The translations under genes and the position numbers were made by a program. Positions 9,373-16,558 of a stretch of 64,000 bases of DNA are shown piece after piece (position 1 is the first letter of the stretch; each line of letters begins with the position of its first letter). Source of the stretch: an uncultured virus (IMG/VR IMGVR_UViG_3300016482_000014) (lineage: Duplodnaviria; Heunggongvirae; Uroviricota; Caudoviricetes); the IMG/VR virus record IMGVR_UViG_3300016482_000014, positions 1 through 64,000 of that record; one strand, given 5' to 3'. The notes beneath the pieces were generated by a model that saw only the letters and a program-made list of their open reading frames with translations, made no database searches and was not told the origin of the DNA.

Positions 9373-10113
9373 TCACCTCATCACACGAGGAACGAACCGG
9401 ACGGGAGCTTTGTCTCGGTCTTCCTGCGTCGCCAAATCAAGCTGCTCCATATAGTCAGCCTTGAGCGCAACAACGCGATCTGTAGGGATGTCTTGCAGTT
9501 TCATTGACAGGTAGAAGGCAAGACCAGCGATCATGCAGTTCAGAAAACGGAACGGGATATCCAACGTGTTAACTGCACCATTTACGTCTTGCATCCGGCG
9601 CAAACGCCAATAAACGAAGGTGTATTGGTTGCCCGGGTCGTTTGGTGTCGGCCAAACCGTAATCTTTGGAGCGTTAATTCCAGTAATCTGGTTCGTTCCA
9701 TTTGGCCCCGGAAGGGGGTACTGCGCCCCAGTCATGCGCTGGATCCAAACCTGAATTGGTCGTCCTTGCGCATTCTTGTTGGGGATCGTGGAGTAGGTTG
9801 GCTCAGCAATACGGTTGATGTTGATATCAATCTGGTTTTGGCCTGTACCCGTGCGGATAACATGATCCAGCAAATCCACCGTATCTACCGGCAGGTCGTA
9901 TGTCGCCTGCCCAGTCACCATCTGAATTGCACCTTGCTCGATCGTCCAGAGGTTGATCCCCCGGTTTGCCATCTCAATCAGGAGCAGGTTCATTGACCGA
10001 CGGGCGGTACGCAAATCATAACCCGTGCGCATCTCGCGCCCGCAACGCTCAAACGCTTCTTCAACGATCTCAGCGAAGTCTAGGTTAAATGCTGCGGTAC
10101 CGGATGTTGTCAT
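9373..10113 (-). CDS. Tail tubular/adaptor protein
   Basis: EEAFERCG..R.GYDLRTARRS.NL...NRG.NLWT...P.K..QGRP.Q...WPTP. Confidence 0.7.
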   Translation of the reverse strand: MTTSGTAAFNLDFAEIVEEAFERCGREMRTGYDLRTARRSMNLLLIEMANRGINLWTIEQGAIQMVTGQATYDLPVDTVDLLDHVIRTGTGQNQIDININRIAEPTYSTIPNKNAQGRPIQVWIQRMTGAQYPLPGPNGTNQITGINAPKITVWPTPNDPGNQYTFVYWRLRRMQDVNGAVNTLDIPFRFLNCMIAGLAFYLSMKLQDIPTDRVVALKADYMEQLDLATQEDRDKAPVRFVPRVMR

Positions 10114-10359
10114 TTACTTCTTCCTTGCTGCCCGCATATTGTCCACGAGGTTAGGGTATGGACGCCCTGCGGCTTTCGCCATGGCTTTTGCACCGGCCTT
10201 TTTAGCGGGTGTCAGCGGTGTGGATTTCTTCTTTGGGTTGGGTTTATCCCAAACCTCACCACCTTTAGCGTAGACCTTGACCGGCTCGTTGCCGTCGCGC
10301 TTCTTAATGGATTTCAGCTTCGCTGGGTTAATAATACCCATCCCGCGAGACGGTCTCAC
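10114..10359 (-). CDS. Small basic protein
   Basis: GRPYPNLVDNMRAA; YAKGGEV motif. Confidence 0.6.
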   Translation of the reverse strand: MRPSRGMGIINPAKLKSIKKRDGNEPVKVYAKGGEVWDKPNPKKKSTPLTPAKKAGAKAMAKAAGRPYPNLVDNMRAARKK

Positions 10360-10361
10360 AA

Positions 10362-10712
10362 TTACACCATCTTGCCACGGGTTTTGCCGCGCTGTGCGCA
10401 GCCGTCAGCAGCTTTGACGTAGCCACCACCAGCGTAACAGGAGGTCTTGCCACCTTTCTTCAGCTTGGCGAGGTCGGTCTTTTTACCGCCATGGAGTTGC
10501 TTGTCGTGCATGCCAACAGCTTTTTTGACCATGGACTTGTCTTGTTTCATGTCGTCTTTCATAGCACCACCTTCTTTGAATTTCATACCCTTGCTCTCTT
10601 TCGAGAACTCCTTTGCTACCTTGCCGGGGATACCGACTTTCTTTGCAAATGCTGGGTTGTGCGCCGCAGCATCCATGAATCTCTTTTGTTTAGCGCTCGT
10701 TGCGGGCATCAT
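10362..10712 (-). CDS. Small basic protein
   Basis: S.KQKRFM.AAAH.P.FAKKVGIP; ends DGCAQRGKTRGKMV. Confidence 0.65.
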   Translation of the reverse strand: MMPATSAKQKRFMDAAAHNPAFAKKVGIPGKVAKEFSKESKGMKFKEGGAMKDDMKQDKSMVKKAVGMHDKQLHGGKKTDLAKLKKGGKTSCYAGGGYVKAADGCAQRGKTRGKMV

Positions 10713-10953
10713 TACTTCCTTTCAAGACTTGATCCAACTTGTTTTCAAGCTTGTCGAACCGGATCAATATCTGCTGCATGTCCTCACGGACTTCCTGACG
10801 AGTGATATGGTCACGGGCAAACTCCTCCCGTGTGCGGTTAAGCAACTTGGTCACGTCATTGAGGGATTTAAACTTCTCGTTCATAACCCACCCGATGACG
10901 CCAACCAAGATTGTTAATACTGCGTTCCATAATGTCATCTCACCCGCCGACAT
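10690..10953 (-). CDS. Membrane-anchored coiled-coil protein
   Basis: N-terminal hydrophobic segment LWNAVLTILVGVIGWV followed by heptads. Confidence 0.55.
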   Translation of the reverse strand: MSAGEMTLWNAVLTILVGVIGWVMNEKFKSLNDVTKLLNRTREEFARDHITRQEVREDMQQILIRFDKLENKLDQVLKGSNDARNER

Positions 10954-10960
10954 ATTCCAC

Positions 10961-11212
10961 CTAACATTTCCAGCGTTTTAGACTTGCCGCCTTCCGTGTT
11001 GGGCGACCCTTTTCGTCTTTCATTGGGCCGGGCATACCAGACATCCGTGCGCAAAATGATTTCTTGCGTGGGCCACCTTCCGGCTGCGGAGCCTTCAGAT
11101 TTGACCCTGTTTCACGGTTGTACTTAGCACGGCCTTTGGCAGTCAGACCCGCCCCCTTGGAAGTGGGTAGCTTTTCGCCACGCCCGACAGCAAGGGAGGG
11201 ATTCTTAGCCAT
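10961..11212 (-). CDS. Small basic conserved phage protein
   Basis: GLTAKGRAKYN..TGSNLKAP...RKKSFCARM.G...SL..W.C. Confidence 0.65.
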   Translation of the reverse strand: MAKNPSLAVGRGEKLPTSKGAGLTAKGRAKYNRETGSNLKAPQPEGGPRKKSFCARMSGMPGPMKDEKGRPTRKAASLKRWKC

Positions 11213-11483
11213 AGAACACCGTTGCGGTTGCGCTGGTCAATGTGACGTGGACATCGGTGCGGCAAAGTATGCCTTCGCCCGGGATCACAATGTTTGTCGT
11301 ACCAGCAGCAGCAGCAGGAGCAGTGTAAGAAAACACCGTCGTCCCACTTGCACCACCATCACGTACAACCACAGTGCCGCCAGTCGCAAACGACACAACC
11401 AGCCCTTTTAAACGAGCTGGAGCGGCGTAAGCGGTATTAGTGGACGTAAGCTGTACGCTTTTTACGTCAGTCTGCATAGCCAT
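11205..11483 (-). CDS. Small beta-rich structural (decoration-like) protein
   Basis: 92 aa, IPGEGI motif, RBS AAGGAG. Confidence 0.6.
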   Translation of the reverse strand: MAMQTDVKSVQLTSTNTAYAAPARLKGLVVSFATGGTVVVRDGGASGTTVFSYTAPAAAAGTTNIVIPGEGILCRTDVHVTLTSATATVFYG

Positions 11484-11508
11484 GATCGGCTCCTTTTAGG
11501 TGGAGCGA

Positions 11509-11760
11509 TTAGCCAGCAGAAATAGCCAACGTGCCAGCGTTGTTCCAGATTGCACCAGCAACACCGGGGTCAGACGTAGGAATAATGATGACGTTTGCGG
11601 CGCCAGAAAGAGTGGTGTTTCCGGAAACAGAAAGCGTCGTAACCGAAGTTGCGGTACCAAAAGTTGCGTCAACGGTAATTGCGCCGGTAGTGGCATTTTT
11701 AGTAACCGACTGGAAACCGTTCTCTGAACGAATTGGGCCGGAGTATGTGGTATTTGCCAT
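11509..11760 (-). CDS. Small structural protein
   Basis: MANTTYSGPIRSENGF...PTSDP.VAGAIWNNAG; RBS AGGA. Confidence 0.65.
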   Translation of the reverse strand: MANTTYSGPIRSENGFQSVTKNATTGAITVDATFGTATSVTTLSVSGNTTLSGAANVIIIPTSDPGVAGAIWNNAGTLAISAG

Positions 11761-11774
11761 GATATTTCCTGTGT

Positions 11775-11846
11775 ATGCAGCACATCGTCCTATAGTCTCT
11801 GCATCGTCCGCTGGGTCGGTCTATAGGACTGAGGGTTCCCAGTCAC
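11775..11846 (-). ncRNA. Candidate structured 5' leader RNA (stem plus two potential pseudoknot pairings)
   Basis: 9-bp stem 11787-95/11821-29; loop segments complementary to flanks 11775-80 and 11838-42. Confidence 0.55.
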
Positions 11847-11852
11847 GGTGTA

Positions 11853-11881
11853 TTTATACGCTTTTTAAGTGGGTTGTGCAA
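11853..11881 (-). promoter_or_regulatory. Sigma70-like promoter
   Basis: TTGCAC-N17-TATAAA. Confidence 0.5.
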
Positions 11882-12623
11882 GGTATTTGAAGTGTTTCCC
11901 TTTATTTTTCCCACGAGTTAATGGTCTATCTGCAGCCAAAGCCTTCGCCAACATCCCGGGCGACATATTGAAGGCTTCTTTAACCGCCTTCAAACTTGGG
12001 TACACAACGCCGGATACAACCTCAACAATCGCCTTGTTAAATTTTGCTGCGTGGTCTTCACTACGAACTCGACCTTTACGGATAGCACTTAACTTGGCTT
12101 TTGTTTCGTCGGACGCTTTTTTACCCATATTTGCTTGGCGCAACAAGTCTTTTGTCAGGTCTGATACTGGTTTACCAGACCGATTTTCAGACATTTTTTG
12201 TTTTGACTCCTCGGTATGTTTACGCCCTTGGGCTGGATGTGGGTTTGTCTTGTAAAACTCTTTAAGCGCAGTTGATAACGCTTGCCTATGGCTGTCTGTA
12301 CGCACTACCCCCCTATTGGAATTGTCGGTGTATTTTGCGTAGTTATAACAACTCTTTGTCCCATGGTGTTTGTCCAGCCACAACTGTTCTGCAGCGGTCA
12401 GTTGATTCGGGTCATCCACCACTTCAACAACTTTAAACACAAACGAATTTTCACCGTATTTGTTCCACGCTGCCTGCAAATGTGGGCAATGATGTTTGTT
12501 AGCCCGTAAGTCACGTAAATGTTTACGCCATCTAGCCGCAACAACAATTGTGCTGCCAACATAAAACTTGGCGTTTTCCACGTTGATAATTTTGTAAATA
12601 ACCGCCTTACCCGTGTAGTCCAT
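11865..12623 (-). CDS. GIY-YIG homing endonuclease with NUMOD3 repeats
   Basis: VIYKIIN...FYVGST....RW..H...L....H....LQ.AWNKYG; GRKHTEESKQKMS. Confidence 0.9.
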   Translation of the reverse strand: MDYTGKAVIYKIINVENAKFYVGSTIVVAARWRKHLRDLRANKHHCPHLQAAWNKYGENSFVFKVVEVVDDPNQLTAAEQLWLDKHHGTKSCYNYAKYTDNSNRGVVRTDSHRQALSTALKEFYKTNPHPAQGRKHTEESKQKMSENRSGKPVSDLTKDLLRQANMGKKASDETKAKLSAIRKGRVRSEDHAAKFNKAIVEVVSGVVYPSLKAVKEAFNMSPGMLAKALAADRPLTRGKNKGKHFKYLAQPT

Positions 12624-12654
12624 TTTTAACTCCTAGGTGATTTCTACACGGGAA

Positions 12655-12684
12655 AGTATAGTAGACGGCGTTATAAAATGTCAA
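12655..12684 (-). promoter_or_regulatory. Sigma70-like promoter of the GIY-YIG gene
   Basis: TTGACA-N18-TATACT. Confidence 0.65.
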
Positions 12685-12688
12685 CAGG

Positions 12689-12718
12689 AAAAAGAAAACC
12701 CCCGCTTTTGGCGGGGGC
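12689..12718 (-). terminator. Rho-independent terminator after major capsid gene
   Basis: CCCCCGC-CAAAA-GCGGGGG then TTTTCTTTTT. Confidence 0.8.
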
Positions 12719-12752
12719 TAATCAGGCTAAATGCTTGATTTTACTGGGGTTA

Positions 12753-13661
12753 TCAAGCCCCGGCGCTACCGTACATCCCAAGAGGATCGCTGAATCCGAA
12801 CGAATAGCGCTCTCTCGCCTTGTACCTAACGTTCCCGGTATCAAAATCCCCTTCCATATTTGTGGACATGGGGGTGCGGACAAAGTGCTTCATACCGTTG
12901 GGCACGTCAGTCTTCAAGAACCAAGCGTTAGGATCGGTCAAGAAGTGGTTGATCGTGTAACCCTCGGGGATCGAGCCGTTGTTCTCGATAGCGTTGATAT
13001 CGTTATCAGCCGTACCAACACGCAGCTTCGTCTCGAGGAGGCGGGTAGCAACGAACTGGAGGGCAGACGGGATAACAAGCTTCAGAGGCTTGGCAGCGAT
13101 CAGCAGGCCACGCTCATCAGTCCAAGCAGCGATCTGGATCACTGCGTTTTCCAACGAGGTCTCGTTCAAGTCAGCAGCAACAGAAGGAACGTTGCTGTTG
13201 GTGCCACCAGAAACGAGGGGATGGTTTGCGCTAAACAGAGGCTGACCGTCACCACCGGCGAAGGCTGCGTTGAAGCCGTTGTTCAGAACGGATGCAGCTT
13301 TGACCTGCTTGGTGTAGGACATGGCACGAGCCAATGCCTTGGTGTAACGAGCTGACAGAGAATCATAGAGGTTGTCCTCGATGGCTTCTTCGGTCAAGCT
13401 GAAACCCAGAGCGATGGTTTCGTGGTTGTAACGAGCAGTCCAAGCTTCCTGCGCATTGTCATAAGCAATGGCAGCGCCTTCGTTCTTCACCGGAGCGGCG
13501 GAGAAGCCAGACAGCTTGGTTTCCTCTTCGAAGGAACGCTCGGAGGTCTCGGTTTCGTAGATCTCTTTGTGTTCTTCGCCGTAGCGGGCATACTCCAGAC
13601 CAAACAATGCGTTCAGGCCGGGGAGCAGCTCTTTCAATAGTTGTGCGCGTGAAATAGCCAT
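12753..13661 (-). CDS. Major capsid protein
   Basis: MAISRAQLLKELLPGLNALFG...TEEAIEDNLY...KARERYSFG.SDP; strong RBS, followed by terminator. Confidence 0.85.
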   Translation of the reverse strand: MAISRAQLLKELLPGLNALFGLEYARYGEEHKEIYETETSERSFEEETKLSGFSAAPVKNEGAAIAYDNAQEAWTARYNHETIALGFSLTEEAIEDNLYDSLSARYTKALARAMSYTKQVKAASVLNNGFNAAFAGGDGQPLFSANHPLVSGGTNSNVPSVAADLNETSLENAVIQIAAWTDERGLLIAAKPLKLVIPSALQFVATRLLETKLRVGTADNDINAIENNGSIPEGYTINHFLTDPNAWFLKTDVPNGMKHFVRTPMSTNMEGDFDTGNVRYKARERYSFGFSDPLGMYGSAGA

Positions 13662-13674
13662 GATTTAAGCTCCT

Positions 13675-14454
13675 TTATACGCCGGTTGCGGTTTCATACT
13701 GGTGCATGCCGAAGTTCCACTTGACGATGACTTCCTGCGCACCCGCGAACGAGAGAGCAACAGAGGTCAGGTCAGCGGCTGCGGAAAGCGTCAGTGTCGT
13801 GCCAGAGATAGCGGCAACGGTCGTGCCAGCGGCAATACCCGTACCAGACACACTCATGAACTTCTTGATTGCTGGGTTAGCAGCAGTCAGAGTCACGGTC
13901 GTGCTAGAACCAGAGGTAGAACCGACAGCAGAAGCCGTCACAACCGACTCAGGAACGATATCGATCACACGGATCGGCAGGGTGTTGGTCGTTGCGAAGT
14001 CGGTCACAGCAACAGCGGAATCACCAGTGTTGGTGGAACCAGCGTTCTGAACCAAAGCAGCGTTGTTACCAACAATCGAGCCACCAGCAGCAGCCATCAC
14101 AGTCGTGCCAGACACAACAGCAACCTTAAAGAGCAGATCGGGATCGTCAGCAACAATTGCTTGTGCGTCAGAAGCGACCGTGCCGCTAGGCCAGTATTGC
14201 GAGAACACTTTCTGCTTGGTCACAGGGCTGGTAAACGTGCAGCCCATAAAGACGCCAACAGGAGTGGCGGTCGTGGTACCAGTGTCTTTCTCGACCGTGC
14301 CGTTCGCTACTCGCTTGACCAAATCACCAAAGAAGATGTTTGCGCCATAGCCAGAGAGAATAGGCATGTATCGGGTAGCACCAGCATATACCTGTCCACC
14401 GATCAAGTTGATCGGCAGTAGCCCGTAGGGCTTGTCAACAGTAGGATAAGCCAT
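13675..14454 (-). CDS. Capsid-associated/decoration protein
   Basis: Immediately upstream of MCP; PYGL.P..LIGG, GVF.GC..T motifs. Confidence 0.65.
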   Translation of the reverse strand: MAYPTVDKPYGLLPINLIGGQVYAGATRYMPILSGYGANIFFGDLVKRVANGTVEKDTGTTTATPVGVFMGCTFTSPVTKQKVFSQYWPSGTVASDAQAIVADDPDLLFKVAVVSGTTVMAAAGGSIVGNNAALVQNAGSTNTGDSAVAVTDFATTNTLPIRVIDIVPESVVTASAVGSTSGSSTTVTLTAANPAIKKFMSVSGTGIAAGTTVAAISGTTLTLSAAADLTSVALSFAGAQEVIVKWNFGMHQYETATGV

Positions 14455-14472
14455 GTTTAGCTCCGAATAAGA

Positions 14473-14922
14473 TTATTTGCCTTTACCAAAGCTCACCTCA
14501 GACTTGCGCTCTTTAAATAGCGGCATCCGAGCGTCACTTTGGCGCATAAAGTTGTTGTCCACTGCTTCAGTTTGTGACCGGGACTGGTTTGCGTAATAGT
14601 CATTACGTTGGTCAACAAGCTCTTCAGGCGTTTTGCAAAGCAGAAGACCACCGATCTCGATGTTGTCTTTGAAACGACTATCGGGATCAATAAGAAGTTC
14701 GAACTGGGGCTGTTCGGAGAGTTTGACAGGTTCCCAACCTTCACGCAGCTTGGCGGAAAAGTTACGAGGATCTGCCTTGTTCAACGTCGAAACCCGAATC
14801 CAACGGTAAGCAAATCCCGGCTGCTTATTGGGTTCCGGCAGAAGCTCTGGCGGTTTCCAAGCTTTAGGGCGTGCACTGCGTTCGCGGCTATCAGCCTCGC
14901 GGGGGAGTCGGTTTTCAGCCAT
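14473..14922 (-). CDS. Conserved head-module protein
   Basis: YRWIR...N...KLREGWEPV...GGLLLCK.P; start at ATG 14922 after GGAG. Confidence 0.65.
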   Translation of the reverse strand: MAENRLPREADSRERSARPKAWKPPELLPEPNKQPGFAYRWIRVSTLNKADPRNFSAKLREGWEPVKLSEQPQFELLIDPDSRFKDNIEIGGLLLCKTPEELVDQRNDYYANQSRSQTEAVDNNFMRQSDARMPLFKERKSEVSFGKGK

Positions 14923-15889
14923 TTGATTTCTCCAATTCGGCCAGTTTTTTAGCGTAAAGCTCAAGAGGTATTCCCAACTTCTTGGCTACGTTTTGCTGCG
15001 TTTGCGTCAACCGAATTTTCTTCGGTGCGGTGGTGCGTTGTACAGGAGCTACAACGTTTCTGGTACGGCGAGGTGCTTCTTCCTTTTCCTGTTCAACATC
15101 GTCGAACTTGTCTGGGAATGCTCGGCGCATCGCTGTATCAATCTTTTGGTAATACTCATCCGTCTTGGTATATGCCTCACCATACTGACGCACTAACTTA
15201 TTGTGCACACCGTAGGCATATCCCGTCATATCTTCATCGCCGGGGCGCTCGAACCAAGGATTCTTTTCCGCCCATGACACCACCCGATCGTCCAACTGCG
15301 GGGATACAGGTTGTTGTGTTATAGGTTGAGTATATCTCTGTTCTTGGTTTTCCGGCAAGTTAATTGGCTTAAAGTCGTCTACCTTACCCATTTCAAGCTG
15401 CGCACGGAACAATTCCTTCTGTGCGGCAACAGCGGCTTCGGTATCTCCGGCATCAAGTGCGGACTTGAGCGCGGCTTCGGCGGAAGCCATGTTCTTCTCA
15501 GCCAAGGACTTGGACGTATTGATAAACGCCTTCTGCCCCATCTGCACATATTCTTGGAGTTTCTTGTTTTCTTCAGCCAACAGTCGGGCAGCTTTTTCAA
15601 GCTCAGCCTTCTCACGGGCAAGGGCTTCCTTGGCACGGCGTTCATCGTGGCGGGCGTGGGTCAGCTCCTTTAGGCGCTTTTGCACCTTGGTGCTGTATTC
15701 GGCCATTTCCTCATCGCTGGGTTCCTCAACCTCGCGTTCCAGCGGTTTGCGACCTCGGTCTTGGGGTGGGGTGTCATCTACGACTTCAACCGCCGCCTCT
15801 TCTGCACCTTCAAGTTCTAGCTCAAACTCGTCTGTTGGAGGGGCTTTACTGCCCGCCTCGTCGGGAAATTTAAACTCTTGCTTGTCCAT
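14915..15889 (-). CDS. Capsid scaffolding protein
   Basis: Acidic N-terminus, coiled coil, C-terminal LT..Q..VAKKLGIPLE.YAK; between portal and MCP. Confidence 0.7.
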   Translation of the reverse strand: MDKQEFKFPDEAGSKAPPTDEFELELEGAEEAAVEVVDDTPPQDRGRKPLEREVEEPSDEEMAEYSTKVQKRLKELTHARHDERRAKEALAREKAELEKAARLLAEENKKLQEYVQMGQKAFINTSKSLAEKNMASAEAALKSALDAGDTEAAVAAQKELFRAQLEMGKVDDFKPINLPENQEQRYTQPITQQPVSPQLDDRVVSWAEKNPWFERPGDEDMTGYAYGVHNKLVRQYGEAYTKTDEYYQKIDTAMRRAFPDKFDDVEQEKEEAPRRTRNVVAPVQRTTAPKKIRLTQTQQNVAKKLGIPLELYAKKLAELEKSNG

Positions 15890-15897
15890 TTGTCACC

Positions 15898-16314
15898 TCA
15901 CTTGCGACGGATACCACGGGGGTCAGCCACAACCGCCTCGACAGTATCATCGTTGATAAGACGGAACTCACGTCCATGAATGACCAGACGGGAACCGGAG
16001 TTTGGGCGAACCAGAATGAAGTCACCCTGCTTGCACCACGGGCCAGACGGGAATCTGGTTGTGTCTTTGTAACAGTCAGGCCCCAAGGCGATGACAAACA
16101 AGACTGTGGTGAGTACTTCTTCGTAATGCAGAGTCTGGTCGGCCTTCAGAAGACCGCTTTCATACTCTTTTTCGATTTCGGGAATCGCACACAGGATGTG
16201 GAACCCAACCGGTTGAGGAAGCTGTTTGGCCTTCTCTTCCGCACTTGCTGACATATCTACTGCACCAATAACTTGTGGGTTATCGGGGTTTGTGCCGATC
16301 AAAATCTCAGCCAT
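15898..16314 (-). CDS. GroES-like co-chaperonin
   Basis: P.G..IL...SGLL...V..LGPD.Y...PWCK.GD..L....G.......E.RLINDD.V.AVV. Confidence 0.75.
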   Translation of the reverse strand: MAEILIGTNPDNPQVIGAVDMSASAEEKAKQLPQPVGFHILCAIPEIEKEYESGLLKADQTLHYEEVLTTVLFVIALGPDCYKDTTRFPSGPWCKQGDFILVRPNSGSRLVIHGREFRLINDDTVEAVVADPRGIRRK

Positions 16315-16369
16315 TTTTTACTCCATATAAGCGCAACAAACCGTGCTGCGAACGGCCCTTTCGGGAAAA

Positions 16370-16558
16370 TCAATCCTCGTCTCTGTCGAGTTGATCCTTG
16401 AGATCCAACAGATCTCGTTCAGCGTGGGCGAGGCCTTCAATGACCCCACACATACGTTTATAGTCTTCAAAGTTCTGGCAGTTGCCAGTAGCGACCGCAT
16501 CAGCGATGTCGTTCATTCTGTCGCGCAATTTCTTGCGTAGCACATCAAACACGTCCAT
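16370..16558 (-). CDS. Small conserved protein downstream of portal
   Basis: 62 aa, G....FEDY...CG.I.GL. Confidence 0.6.
   Translation of the reverse strand: MDVFDVLRKKLRDRMNDIADAVATGNCQNFEDYKRMCGVIEGLAHAERDLLDLKDQLDRDED

Noticed and set aside
11775..11846. Hammerhead, ZTP or glutamine riboswitch assignment
   Set aside because: The conserved core nucleotides of those classes are not evident
2890..12623. Group I introns around the endonuclease genes
   Set aside because: The endonuclease ORFs abut or overlap flanking genes, leaving no room for intron core structure
13702..14421. Long antisense ORFs (also 25191-26060, 28574-29263, 12678-13355, 51728-52432)
   Set aside because: Shadows of well-supported genes on the opposite strand with no RBS or recognisable motifs, unlike the nested HNH ORF
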